From positions 53,444,001 to 53,508,000 of the forward strand of contig OY740794.1 of the NCBI GenBank assembly GCA_963514005.1: a stretch of 64,000 nucleotides of DNA, written 5' to 3'. Shown here piece by piece: positions 1 to 13,427 of the stretch; position 1 is the stretch's first letter, and the number at the start of each line of letters is the position of its first letter. Origin of the DNA: Raja brachyura. Taxonomy: Eukaryota. The translations under genes were made by a program, and so were the position numbers. A model generated the notes under the pieces. That model made no database searches. It had not been told where the DNA came from and saw nothing but the letters and a program-made list of their open reading frames with translations.

Positions 1-598
1 TTTATTTCTCGTGTACAACAAAACAGGGATGTAATGTTGAGGCGCTATAAGGCGCTGGTAAGGCCACATTTGGAATATTGTGAGCAATTTTGGGCATCAT
101 ATCTGAGTAATGATGTGCTGGCTCTGGAGAGGGTCCAGAGGAGGTTTACAAGAATGGTCCCAGGAATGAGTAGCTTAACCTATGATGAGCGTTTGTCGAC
201 AGAGGTCCTGTACTATGAAACATACAGAATAGTGAAAGGCTTGGATAGAGTGGATGTGAAGAGGATGTTTCCACGAGTGGGAGAGTCTAGGACTGGAGGT
301 CATAGCCTTAGAATTAAAGGACGTTCTTTTAGGAAGGAGATGAGGAACATTTTATTTAGTCAGAGGGTGGTGAATCTGTGGAATTCTTTGCCACAGAAGG
401 CTGTGGAGCCCAAGTCAATGGATATTTTTAAGGCAGAGATAAATAGATTATTGATTAGTATGGGTGTCAGAGGTTATGGGGAGAAGGCAGGAGAATGGGA
501 TCAGGAGGGAGAGATAGATTAGCCATGATTGAATGGCGGTGTAGACTTGATGTGCCGAATGGTCTAATTCTACTCCTATTCTTTATGACCTTATGACC
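1..598 (+). mobile_element. CR1-type LINE 3' fragment
   Basis: LVRPHLEYC.QFW, RTGGHSL, RVVNLWNSLP; 3' UTR and (TTATGACC)n tail. Confidence 0.92.
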
Positions 599-864
599 TC
601 AATATTAATATTTCCTTTTTTATGGTTAGCATTCCTCATGGGGAGAGCCTTATTTTGCTTGTCCAACTCTATTTTCCTGATGGATTAAAACCAATTACTC
701 AAACAGAAGGAACAATGCTTAGAGCCCAACCGAGAATAACTATGAATAAGAATACTGAAAAGACATTGAAATCAAAAATAGAAAATATGAAAATCTATTA
801 TACCCATTATATTTAAGTAGGAAAGAGGGAGAATGGGGAGAAAGACTGAAATGGCATCAACTAG

Positions 865-1905
865 ATGGCGGCGCTGGGTTAACAGCTGCGGCCCACCTGC
901 AGTCTGTCTGTTATTTTATTTTTATGTCCTGTTTTTGGTTGGGTTCGTTCGTTTTGTTGGGTTGTGTGTGTATGTGGGTGGGGGGGGGAGTAACATGTCC
1001 GGGTCTCTTCCTTCTGAGGGGGGGGGGTGCGACTTTCTGTCGTATTCCCCGTCTCTGTCTGCGCCGAGGCCTAATGGCGGAGCTGGCGGCCTCGGGCCCG
1101 GAGCGGTTCCAGCAGCGGCGGTGGCAGCAGCGGCGGCGGCCCGACTCCCGGAGCGGTTCTGGCGGTGGCGGCGGCCCGACTCCCGGAGCGGTTCCGGCGG
1201 CGGCGGCGGCGGCCCGACTCCCGGAGCGGTTCCAGCAGCTGCGGCGGCGGCAGCAGCGGCCCAACTCCCGGAGCGGTTCCAGTGACTACCGGAGCGGTTC
1301 CAGCAGCGGTGGCGGTGGCAGCAGCGGCCCGACTCCCGGAGCGGTTCCAGTGACTACCGGAGCGGTTCCAGCAGCGGCGGCGGCGGCAGCAGCGGCCCGA
1401 CTACCGGAGCGGTTCCAGCAGCGGCGGCGGCGGCAGCAGCGGCCCGACTACCGGAGCGGTCCCAGCAGCGGCGGCGGCGACAGCGGCGGCGGAAACCCGA
1501 CTCGGTCCCGGGGCGGCGACCCGACTTGGTCCCGGAGCGGTTGCAGCGGCCCGACCACGGGCCCGGTGGACCCCCCAGGCCGCGGAGTTGAACCGGCCCA
1601 TTCAGGGAGATTGGTTGAACCGCGGGACTGACTTACCATCGCCCAGTCGGTCGCGGCATCTGAGGCCTGGATCACCTCGGCGCAGAGGGAAACAAAGAGG
1701 GAAGAGACACAGACTTTAAGACTTTGCCTTCCACCACAGTGAGGAGGTGTTTGGTGAACTCACTGTGGTGGATGTTAAATTTGTGTTATTGTGTGTTCTG
1801 TCATTTTTTATTTATTTATTTTTAATTATATGTATGACTGCAGGGAAACAGAGTTTCGTTCGGACCGAAAGGTCTGAATGACAAATAAAGAATCTAATCT
1901 AATTT
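865..1905 (+). mobile_element. Composite GC-rich non-autonomous retroposon (head + VNTR + LINE-type 3' tail), copy 1
   Basis: Head GGCGGCGCT..CTGCAGTCTGTC, T-rich tract and G-run, GC core, hairpin 1731-1771, AATAAAG, (AATCT)n tail; shared with 29421 and 42875 copies. Confidence 0.75.
1095..1560 (+). repeat. GC-rich VNTR, units CCCGACTCCCGGAGCGGTTCCAGCAGC(GGC)n
   Basis: About a dozen visible variable-length units. Confidence 0.95.
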
Positions 1906-3751
1906 AAATCTATTTCCATGAATAGTGAGATAATCTCATACATTGACAGACACAAAGTGCTGAAATGACTCAGTGGGTCAGGCAGCATCTCTGGAGAAAA
2001 AGCACAGGTGGGAATTCTGAAGCAGGGTCCCAACCTGAACTTAGGCACGTCCTGAAAAGTCACCTATCTATGTTGCCAGAAATGCTGTCTGACCAGCGGA
2101 GTTACACCAGCACTTTGTGTCTATCCTTGGAATAAACCAGCATCTACAGTTTCTTCATCGAATTCAATCACAGGTTCAGTGAATGGTGCTTCATAATGTG
2201 GTGGTTGGGTTATGTGAGAGATTGTGTGCTCCGTTGAGCACAATTGTTGGGTGGACATCTTGGTTAGGATGGATGAGTCGGGCCAAAGGGCTATATGAGC
2301 TATATGAATCTGTCTCTATCTGTCTCGGTCTTCATTGATTATCATAGCCCTGTATTTACTCAAAGTAAGTGTAAACTGTTTATGGGGTGGGGTTGGGGGG
2401 GGGGGGGGGGGGGGGGGGAGATGGACAATTGACTGCCAGTCCAGATGAGTCCTAAAATATTGACCATCTATATCTCTCCACGGATGCTGCCTGACCCACT
2501 GAGTTCTTCCAGCAGATTGTTTGGTGCGCCATATTCCAGCATCCATGGCCCTTTGTGTCCCCAGCCTAACTTGTGGCATGTACTGAATAGGCAGCTGCCA
2601 GTGTCCTGGAAGCATTTATATGATGAATTGCTTTGGTGTTTATTGTGACATTAAAGAGTACTGATGGCATAATATTTATTTACTTCCATGTGTACAATTT
2701 ATTTTCCTGCGATTGAACAAAGTGATGAATATCAGCAACATATTTGACTGGACTTAAAACCTTGGCTCTCTCTTGCAGTCTAAAAGTACTGCAGGCTATG
2801 TTGCATGATTGTTTCAGAATTTACTGTAAGTCTATGATTTATCTTTTACAATTGCAAAGATATACTGGCTATAAGCCTTACTTAAGAGATTAATGATGAA
2901 CCAGGATAAAGTATAAACCGAGGCTACAATATTTTTGTAGAAACAAAGATCCGCAGATGCTGGCTAATACACAAAATGATATTGCTCCTTCAGATTCTTC
3001 AGTGCAGTGTTGGAGGTCGTGATCCACACAGGCCATGTATCTAAGGCAGCGATACTTCAGCTAGAAAAGATACGCATCCCACACCTGTTCCAATATTGGG
3101 GATCCTAGCAGAAGCCATCAGGTTTTAGTTTTAGTTTTGGAGATACAGTGCATAAACAGTCCCACTGATTGCCACACACTAACACTAACACACGAGAGAC
3201 AATTTACAATTTTACTGAAGCCAGTTAACCTGCACGTCTTTGGGGTGTGGGAGGAAACTGGAGCACCCAGCAAAAACCCATTCAGGTCACGGGGAGAACG
3301 TACAAACTCCACCCAGACAGCACCCATAGTCAGGATCAAACCTGGGTCTCTGGCACTGTAAGGTAGCAACTCTACCACTGCACCACCTGGTCGCCCACCG
3401 TTCTAAATACATTCTATGGACACCAAAGTCTCATGCCCTTTCACTCATTGTAATTGTGGACCTGCCTCAACACACCAGCATAGTCAAATGCCCAAACGTT
3501 ATCAAGGTTTACACAGAAGCGGGTACATTCCAAGAAGTCTGATATTAGGAATAACAAACAAGAAAGGTTGATAGTTCCCTTCCATTAAATCAAACCACCA
3601 ACCATCATTGAAAGAGTCTTTGCACTGACCGGATAGCACGCAACAAAAAAGCTTTTTACTCTGCCTCGGTGAACGTGACAATAAATTAAACTAAATCAAA
3701 AAACGTCCGATTCCAATTGAAATCTAGACGGAGATATAACATTGCAGTTAA

Positions 3752-4690
3752 TCTATCTCTACTATTACTAAAACTCTCACCTTGTCCTCTTCCGGTTTGC
3801 GTTGTTTTTAAATTTGCGCAAAAATGGAACCCTATATCGCTAGGATTTTTTCGCCACCTTGCTCACCGTTCTCCTCTGCTCCAAGCGCACCGAGTTTTGT
3901 TCCAATCAATGAAATATTCGAAAAGTTATTGGTCAGTTATTCGCCATGATTACGACGCCCATTCCGGCACCCACTGTCAATCACCGGGGCGAGGAGAATA
4001 AAGCCCTGGAGGCTGGGCTGAGTCTGTGAACCCGTCCAGAAGCTGCCCATCCACCGGCGCCGAGAATAAATCTGAAGGAGTGAAGTGTGGACTGTGTTCC
4101 GCGGGCGGGGACTAGGTGTGTTCGCGGGGGCTGGGGCGGGCTGTGTTCGCGGGCGGGGGCTGTGAGCGTGACAGGTGCTGGTGACGGGAGCCGTGAGTGA
4201 GTCCGGAGCCAGGTCCTGGAGCCGGTGAGTGCGGTCAGAGCCAGGGCCGGGAATTGGTGAGCCCATACCCCCCCCCCCCACACCCCCCTCCCCCACACCA
4301 CCTTCCCCTACACCCCCTCCCCTACACCCCCTCCCCTACACCCCCTCCCCTACACCCCCCATACCCCCACAACCCCCCACACACCCCTCCCCCACGCACA
4401 CACCCTCCCCCACACACACCACACCCCCTCCACCACACCCCCCCTCCCCACACAGTCCCCCCCTCCCCCACACACACCCTCCCCCATCCCCCTCCCCCAT
4501 GCCCCACCTCCCCCACACACACCCCCTCCCCCACACCCCCTCCTCCACACCCTCCCCCCCACACACACACCCTCCCCCACACCCCGCTCCCTCCCCCACA
4601 CCCCCCTCCCCCATACCCTACCCGCCCTCCCCCACACCCACCCTCCCCCCAACACCCCTCCCCACCCCCCCTCCCCCACACACCCCCTCA
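3752..4690 (+). mobile_element. Probable non-autonomous Helitron-like element (5' part) with GC-rich body and C-rich tract
   Basis: Starts A|TCTATCTCTACTATTACTAAAACTCTC, resembling Helitron-N 5' ends; CpG-rich body; no 3' hairpin/CTAG end found. Confidence 0.45.
4262..4690. repeat. C-rich degenerate minisatellite (CCCCTCCCCCACA-like units)
   Basis: Directly visible; explains the spurious Pro/Gly-rich ORFs. Confidence 0.95.
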
Positions 4691-5206
4691 CAAATGTAAG
4701 GGCACTTATGAAGGATGCTAAAGATTAGTTTCAATCTTTCTCCAGGGTTTCAGCAGCTTAGCACTTCAGGGAAATACTGATTTGTCATCCCGTTGATGAG
4801 ATGCTCACAAGAGCTCGTCGCCTGCGAGGATAGAAAGGATTAAATGTCACCTCCTGTAATAAAGCAGAAGATTTTTCTAATTCCCAACAATGATTTGTCC
4901 TTTGCTCAAGTCTACTGAAACTAGATTAACTGGTCATTCGCCAGGTTCACAGTTAGTAGGAATCAGATATGCGCAGCTTTGACTACTAACAGTAAGTAGG
5001 TTCGTTTAGTTTAGTTTTAAAGATAGAGCATGGAAACTGGCCCTTCAGCCCTCCGAGTCCATGCTGACCAGTGATCAATCATATGCTAATTCTGTCCTAT
5101 GCACTGGGGACAATATACCGAAGCCAATTAATCGACAAACCTGCACGTCTTCAGAATGTGTGAGGAAATCGGAATACCCGGAGAAAACCCATGCGGTCAC
5201 AGGGAG

Positions 5207-5858
5207 AACATAGCGAAAGGATTTGATTCATAGCGAAAGGATTTGAGTATAGGAGCAGGGAGGTTCTACTGCAGTTGTACAGGGTTTTGGTGAGGCCACA
5301 CCTGGAGTACTGCGTACAGTTTTGGTCTCCAAATCTGAGGAAAGACATCCTTGCCATAGAGGGGGTACAGAGAAGATTCACCAGACTGATTCCTGGGATG
5401 TCAGGACTTTCATATGAGGAAAGATTGGATAGACTCGGTTTGTACTCGATGGAATTTAGAAGATTGAGGGGGGATCTTATAGAAACCTACAAAATTCTTA
5501 AGGGGTTGGACAAGCTAGATGCTGGAAGATTGTTCCCGATGTTGGGGGAGTCCAGAACAAGGGGTCACAGTCTAAGGATAAGGGGGAATTCCTTTAGGAC
5601 CGAAATGAGGAAAACATTCTTTACACAGAGAGTGGTGAGTCTCTGGAATTCTCTGCCACAGAAGGTAGTTGAGGCCAGTTCATTGGCTATATTTAAGAGG
5701 GCGTTAGATGTGGCACTTGTGGCTAAAGGGATCAGGGGGTATGGAGAGAAGGCAGGTACGGGATACTGAGTTGGATGATCAGCCATGATCACATTGAATG
5801 GCGGTGCAGGCTCGAAGGGCCGAATGGCCTACTCCTGCACCTATTTTCTATGTTTCTA
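5207..5858 (+). mobile_element. CR1-type LINE 3' fragment inserted in a SINE
   Basis: Open 164-aa ORF2 end, (TTTCTATG)n tail; SINE halves at ~5003-5208 and ~5857-5955; short duplication at the 5' junction. Confidence 0.93.
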
Positions 5859-7334
5859 TACAAACTCAGAACAGACAGCACCCAAAGCCAGGATCGAACC
5901 GGGTCTCTGGCACTGTAAAGCAGGAACTCTACCGCTGCGCTACTGTGCTGCCCCATTCTGCTAATGAAGTAATTCATTTAGATTTATCTAGAGTTGAAAT
6001 AAACTGGTTGAAAAAAAACTGTTTCAGGACGAGACTGCAACATTTATCACAAACATAATGTTTCAACAGTATAAATTTAACGAGATCACAGACAAAGTAG
6101 CTTTTGCCAGTGCCAACCTGATTGGTGGTCCCCCCCTGCTGTTATCTCCATACAAGAGCAGAGTGGATTGTAACATACACGCAGGAAAATGTGGGTCAGT
6201 GTATCTGCTGCCCGACTATGATCTCCAGCAAGCCTTGCTGATCTCTACTGAGCTGATTCTTTGAAATGAAATTGGATGCAGTGCGCACATTCCAAGAGTG
6301 ATGACACTTCAAAAATAATTGCTTGGCTGCGATCCACTCTCAGACATCACGAGGATGTGAAAAGTGCAATGAAATAAAAGTTTTTTTATTCTTAAATCCT
6401 ACACTCTCGTGAAGGATTAACATATTTCAATATTTTGCTTTGTTCCCTATTAAAAGCCTCTTTTGGCAGGAAACATGTCCTGCCTTTGATGTCTCTCGCA
6501 CAAGTCCGCTACACGCAGTATAGATGCCTTCTTTATTAAATATGGTGAATTGTTCAAATACCGAATGTACTTCACCACCAAGTTCGGTTCCATGGAGTAC
6601 TTGTTCTTTTCAAATAAATAAACCGGCAATCATAATTCCTTTACTTTATTAGTTCGGAGGTAGGATTTAGAATGTGCTCATCTTCCAAGGTAAATAAGAT
6701 CCACAACTTTGTAAAATCATTCAAAGTGCAAAAATTAGCTCTGAGAATCTAACAATAAAGTTTGGATTAAAATGAATCCCAGAATTGTTGTTTCTCGCCA
6801 GAATCACAAACACCAAAAACATGCAGTACGTACATCTGGCTTTTGACGGACTTTTCCCAGACCCAATTACCAGTATTAGACGAATGAATTAAAAACACAG
6901 TGAAAAGTCTACGTCCTGAAATGTTAACACTTTCTTTATCCACCGATGTTGCCTGCCCTGTTGACTACTTCCTGCATTTCGTGTTGATATTTTAGATTTC
7001 GGAACCTGCGCTTTTAAAAAAAAAATCAAATCAATTATTGTGACATTTATCCACTAAGTCGAAAATCTGCCAGATGGTTTGGGTTTATAAGATTAAAAAA
7101 ATGTTGGGCAAAATACCTCGCCAATATCAGAAGGTAACAGGAAAACAAAAGAAAATGATACAATATTTGATGTCTCCACTTCCGACTAACTTTCCAATGT
7201 TATATAAATTTACCATTGTATTTCCCTGGCCGATTGAGATGCTGCATCAGGTTTTATCCATTAATCCTTGATTTGAGTTTGCATGATATATGTAAGGTAT
7301 GGAAATGAAGAATTAAGGAGAGAGCCACTGGCAA

Positions 7335-7655
7335 CTGTTGATGCAAGGAGTGCACTGGTTGGAGTGGACCAGGGTATTGCCTCCAGCGCCTTCAAGGTCG
7401 GCTGCAGGAAGTGTCCCCGGGCCACAGAGGCAGTCGGGCAAAGAGATGGACGTCGGGTCACGGGCTTGCAGCAGCCTGGGGCTTACCTGTGCTTACCTGG
7501 ATCGGGGGTGCTACAGTACTTTGGCATGTATACCGGACTTTGGACTTTTTCTTTGTAAACATTGCCAAAATATGGCGACTGTGTATTTGTGGGCTGTGCA
7601 AAAGAATTACACTGTGCTCTGCATACGTGACAATAAACAACCATCGAACCATTGA
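7335..7655 (+). mobile_element. Short non-autonomous element with L2/Rex-type 3' tail (family shared with 34710-35050)
   Basis: Shared ACCAGGGTATTGCCTC..AAGGTCGGCTGCAG and CACTGT..GTGACAATAAA end. Confidence 0.7.
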
Positions 7656-8026
7656 GAACTACTTAACCATTCAAGCTTGCATCTTCTATAGACTATATGC
7701 AATCCATTCTATTGAAAACTCTGCCCAAACCAGTCAAGTGCCAGATACACTGCTATTTTATCATGCAAAGGACTTCACAGTTATAGGAAATCAACATCAG
7801 AGTCAGACCATGGTGTAATTACAGTGCATATAAAGCCAAGTGTCATGGCTCTCTCTCGAGAGGCAAAAGAGTTTACAAGGCACACACACTGGATGTAAAA
7901 CGGCTTTTATCGATTGCACACTGGACTTTACATTGACCCTTCTCTGCTGGTAGAATAGTAAAATAGCAGCCTCATCTCGCCTCAAAAGATGTCTACTACA
8001 GAATAGCTATCTGGCACAGCTTTCTT

Positions 8027-8929
8027 CATTTATAAAGTTCCTCAATGAAATTACTTCTCTCCACAATTATTTCTGATAAATTGTGCCGCAAGTTAGGTGT
8101 GCACTATTTAACATGCTCTTTTTAAACAAATAGTATTTAACTCAAAACCAAGCATATATGTCAATTATGTAACATCCATCCAATATCAAGTTTTTTTCTA
8201 AGGTGTTGTCACTCAGCCAAATTTCCTAACCTGCCTCATTCACAAAATTGGAAACTGGGGTAAATATTTGACTTGTGGCAGAGCAAAACTACTGGAATAT
8301 CTATCTGGACCTTGAGGCCAATCTAAATCCTAAAGACTGGGTTCTGTCCGTACTGGGAGGAGGCGTCCACATCTAGAGAGGAAACACAGAGGTATTAAAG
8401 AACACAGAGGCATCCTGTTGCTCCAAGAAGGAAAGTAAGAGGTAGAGTTAGGTTGAGGACGCAATGAGCAGATTCTTATCTTCTCATGGAAATTATATGT
8501 GGCACAAAATACCATACATAACCGCGCACAACAAATCTAGGATCCACTCGATCCAAGTGTTGAAAATCCCAGGATCGACAGCAATTGTTCCCAGAAACAA
8601 TTGCAAATCATTGTGGCGAGGCATGGGTCACGTGTGAAAAAAACCAACCCAACTTGGGCAGCACGGTGGCAGCGCACCAGAGACCCAGGTTTGATCCTGA
8701 CTACAGGTGCTGCCTGCCTGTATGAAGTTTATATGTTCTCCCCTTGACCACGTGGGTTTTCTCCGGGTGCTATGGTTTCCTCCCAGATTCCAAAGATGTA
8801 CACGTTTGTAGATTAATTGGCCTCTATGTTGGCTAAGGAGCATGTTATATAGTGCACACCTAACTTGCTGCAAAATTTACCAAATATAATTGTGGAGAGA
8901 AGTAATTACATTGAGGAACTTTATAAATG
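8027..8929. repeat. 92-bp inverted repeat (8027-8118 / 8838-8929), ~720-bp spacer
   Basis: Ungapped reverse-complement match with few mismatches, in sequence not seen elsewhere in the window. Confidence 0.92.
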
Positions 8930-9049
8930 CCAGAACATAGACACACAATGCAAGTGTGTTTAGAAAGGTGATGATGAGGAATTTCATCAAAGTGGCCAGC
9001 ATCGTGATACAGAAGGAGCTACCTTGGGTTGAATCAAGCACATACAGTC

Positions 9050-9450
9050 AAACATAGCAGGTGGTGGTGAAGAGTCAGCGTACAGGAGAGAGATGGAATA
9101 CCTGGTTGGGTGGTGTCATAACACCAATGTCTCACTCAACATCTACAAAGCCAAGGAACTAATCGTTGTCTTCAGAAAGAGAAAGGCAGAAGAGCACGTG
9201 TTTGTGTTCATTGGTAGGTCAATGGTGGAGAGAGTTAGCAGCTTCAAATGCCAGGAGGGAAATCGATCTCCTGTCCTGTCCCCAGAGCATAGATATAAGC
9301 ATTAAGAAGGTGTGCTATTAACTCTATTGTCTTAGATATTAAAAGAGATCTGACGTGTCACCGAATATTCCAACTTCGCAGAGGTATTGTAGAAAATTCT
9401 GGACTCATTGCGCCATGGTCCAATATGGCAATTCCAACACACATATATGG
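9050..9450 (+). mobile_element. Old Rex-Babar/L2-type RT fragment
   Basis: EESAYRREMEYLVGWCHNTNVSLNIYKAKELIVVFRK. Confidence 0.75.
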
Positions 9451-9461
9451 ATGGGAGTTAT

Positions 9462-9715
9462 AAGGTTATAAAGTCACAAGTTATTGCAGCAGAGTTAGGT
9501 CATTCAGCCCAATCATGGCTGATCTATCGTTCCCTCTCAACCCCGTTCTCCTGCCCTCCCCATAACACTTGACAGCCGTTCTATTCATGAATCTATCCAC
9601 ATTAAAAATATCCATTGACATGACCTCCACAGCCTTCAGTGGCAATGAATTCAACAAAATCACCTCCATCTGACAAAATAAATTCCTCATCATCTCCTTT
9701 CCAAACATACGTTGC
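9462..9715 (-). mobile_element. CR1-type LINE 3' fragment
   Basis: LNSLP.KAVEV..MDIF and shared 3' UTR. Confidence 0.8.
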
Positions 9716-12199
9716 ATGGCTGTGTAAAATAACTAGGTAAACAACAATCACAACATTATGCTACTGTTTGCTCCCTTCTTGTGCTTTTCTCAGTACATTC
9801 TGTGACTGACAATTTTGAAATGAGCTATTGATATTTTCTATCTGGCCACTATCACAAAACCAAAGACTGTGGGAGTCACATCAAAGTATTAAAAGATAGC
9901 TTGCTGCCACATTCAGTGACAATTGTACTGCCTTAACTAAAAGGATTGATAAACATGTTATGCAATTGCATTGCAGAAAAGTGAAATCTTTAGCAGTGGC
10001 CCATCATTATTGAAAATCCAATAATCTTTGAAAATTTGACTGTTTTGTTAACATGTTCTAAAACATATAAACTGGCATAAATAAAGAGCAGCAACCTTAA
10101 CACAACCCACATTAAAAATGAATTAGTTTTACTATAACGTTCCATGGCTTACACAGCTTGCTAGATTTTAGAATTTAAACCTACAACCATATTAAAGTTT
10201 AAAAGGAATCATCTGAGTAACAGTACAGTGATATTCTGTTTGCTGGAAAAACAACAAGTGACTTAACCTTTCTATTTGCCTCGTGTCGACTAATGTAATT
10301 TGCATTGGAACCCGACTGATCTGCTGCCCTTAATAAAACAATCCCTCCACCAACATGTTTTATAAAGGTCGGGATGTATTTTACCACGATTATGAAAGTC
10401 AAAGTGTCAACTCAACTTTAAAAGAATCGGAGAAACAAGGAATTTACAAATACAGATCTGTAAATTATTAACACAGAAAAATTACTATACCATTATTAGG
10501 AGAGGTCTGGGTCTGCTCATTTCATCAGATTCATCCAGTGGCAAAAATTCAAGTGACAACTGTTTCTGGTGCCGAGTGCAGATATGTGCACAGTTCCTCT
10601 GAACCATGGAATGAATGGCTTCAAGCAGAACAATGCTGGCAGAGCAACCCATATCTGCATCCTGAAGCCTACAGAATAACTCCTTCTGTGCTTATGCTAT
10701 ATTGGAGAGACAGTGGAACCTTGTCCCTGAAATCAGCCTACATTGCAGCTGCAGGCACAGAGCTTTCCAATCCGAATCTGCGTTCAGGTCAGCTGATGAC
10801 AAATAATTGTGCTGCTCTGATGCAGGAGAAAGTATTGCCAATCCACAGCTGGAATAAGCGCTGGAATTGAAATGTATTCCAATCCCGGAACTGCCAGCAA
10901 TTCTCTCAAAAGAAAGTTGTGAACAGCACCTTGGTTTGGGGAATTATTCACAAAGTGACAAACAGCAAGTGAAATTGAAATAATGACAACTGATGTGTAA
11001 TTATATCTGTTGCAAGACCATAAACATAAATCACACATTTTTATTTTTCTCCTTGTCGAGAAATCAAGCGCTTTGCTCACGTTACAGATTGGATGTGCTT
11101 CAAGCACTGAGTGCAGTGTTTTTCTCATTTTACATTTCTTATACCATGCCAGAAAACTATGTTCCTTAAACAAACAGCTCTGGTGTTGCTTGTGCAGATC
11201 TCCTTTCAATGCCTTAGTTGTTTTGGGCCCACACATGCAGATGCTTTGCAGACTACTCAATTTAAAATAAACGCAGGAGGCTTTCTGCGATGAAGCACGG
11301 GTCAATTAAATTTCACAGCAAACCGCCACTGTGCTCTCTCTTTCACGAACAGGCAGGAGCGGAATACTTTGATAACTGATGTCAAGAGCTGCATGATAAT
11401 GGGAAGATGCTGCTGCCACTTAACAGTTTAAGACTGTGAAGAAGTTAAGAACCAAAGTCATAAATTAGATGCAAGTAGATATAACGGGGAGGTCACCAGA
11501 TTAATGAGCCTTTGTCTCAGGCACATTATTACATGTGCAATAACACATTTTTTAATTGAATCATGCACGGGACACAGACATCACTGGCGCCAGCATTTAT
11601 TGTCTACCCTGAGTTGCCCGAATTAAGAAGGCCTATAAGCTTCAACCAAATTGATGAGTCTGGAGTCACATGTGGACCAGACTGATTAAGGATAGCAGAT
11701 ATCCTTCCTGTGGACATAAGTAAACTCAGTGAACCAAGAGTTGCTGTTTCCACGGCATTGTGATTCTAAGAAAAAAACAGATAAGCAATTTTATGAGAAT
11801 CTGGTTATGTAATGGATACAATAACTAGGACTAACTTTTAAACCTCGGTCTTGATGGTAATGATGATGATGATACTTTATTGCCACAAAAATTCACTAGG
11901 TACAATGAAATTATTTGCTTTGCATACAACTCGGTAAAATCACACAGCAGACTTCACCTAGGCAGTACACGAAGGATCGCCATGTATCTGGCACCGACAA
12001 AGTTACAAAAAGTTAATTGAACACTCTTATCACCGTTATTGACTGCTCTTTACTATTATCACCATTATTACAGACGTTATTTAACCACTTGAATTTAACG
12101 TTCTCAGTTGTCTCGGTGGGATTCAAGCTCACATCTCTGTATCTAATGTTCAAAACTCTGTCTGAAGCTATTCTAGTGCCCTTAGCCCTTTTACCATTC

Positions 12200-12892
12200 G
12201 AGGAGGGGGATGAGGAGGAATTTCATTAGAGGGTGGTGATTCTGTGGAACTATTTGCCACGGACGGCTGTGGAGGCCAAGTCAATGGATAGTTTTAAAGC
12301 AGATAGATTCTTGATTAGCACGGGTGTCAGGGGTTATGGGGAGAAGGCAGGAGAACGGGGTTAGGTTGAAAAGATAGATAAGCCATGATTGAAAGGCGGA
12401 GTAGACTTGATGGGCCGAATTGCCAAATTCTTCTCCTATTACTTATGGCCTTATGGGAAAGATCTATGCTAAAATTGGCTTGTACTCGCTAGAATTTAGA
12501 AGACTGAGGGGGTTCTGATAGAAACTTACAAAATTCTTAAGGGGTTGGATAGGCTAGATGCAGGAAGATTGTTCCCGATGTTGGGGAGGTCCAGAACAAG
12601 GGGTCACAGTCTAAGGATAAGGGGGAATTCTTTTAGGACCGAGATGAGAAAAACATTTTTCACACAGAGAGTGGTGAGTCTCTGGAATTATCTGCCACAG
12701 AAGGTAGTTGAGGCCAGTTCATTGGCTATATTTAAGAGTGAGTGACATGTGGCCCTTGTGGCTAAAGGGATCAGGTGGTATGGAGAGAAGGCAGGTACAC
12801 GATACTGAGTTGGATGATATTGAATGGCAGTGCAGGCTCGAAGGGCCAAGTGGCCTACTCCTGCACCTATTTTCTATGTTTCTGTTTCTATA
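12200..12892 (+). mobile_element. Two adjacent CR1 3' fragments (~12200-12455, ~12476-12892)
   Basis: Two subfamily-specific 3' UTR/tails; RTRGHSL, WNYLP. Confidence 0.88.
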
Positions 12893-13427
12893 AGATATGT
12901 TATGTGACGTGTTATGGTATACAACATCTTTAATCTAATACTTCTCAAATCCACAAAACCGTAAACATACCAAAGCAAAGGATATATTCAGGAATGATCA
13001 TGTTTGGACAGGGGAAAGTTTTAAGCACGTTCTTATTGATGCTTCTATGAAGACATCGAGTTATACATTGCCAGCTCTTGGGTTGGAAGCAAGGCAGAAC
13101 TGACTAACACAGAACGTACTAACTTACTCATTGCAGCATATTTTTACAGCAAAAAGAACACCCCAAACCATTCGAATAACACATTGGAGCCATCAGCATC
13201 TATTTGTAAGATATGAATTAGTTATGATCAACGTTACAACCATTTTGTGAAATAAGGCAGTGGATTTTCCACCAAAATGTGGTGAATCGAGGATGGTTAG
13301 ATGCAAAGTATCTTTGTAAAATTAATCCTCGTCTCTCTCAACGTGCAATCTCCAAGTATCATTGATGACAAAATCATCCAATCAATTCCATTTTGCTCAG
13401 GAATATTGGAATCGCTAGATGTGATTT

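Noticed and set aside
1095-1560. CRISPR-like periodic array
   Set aside because: Vertebrate context; no unique spacers and no cas genes.
833-1675. Long Ala/Gly/Arg-rich ORFs in several frames
   Set aside because: By-product of a stop-free GC VNTR.
4197-4721. Pro/His-rich, extensin-like ORFs
   Set aside because: Low-complexity C-rich tract open in all frames.
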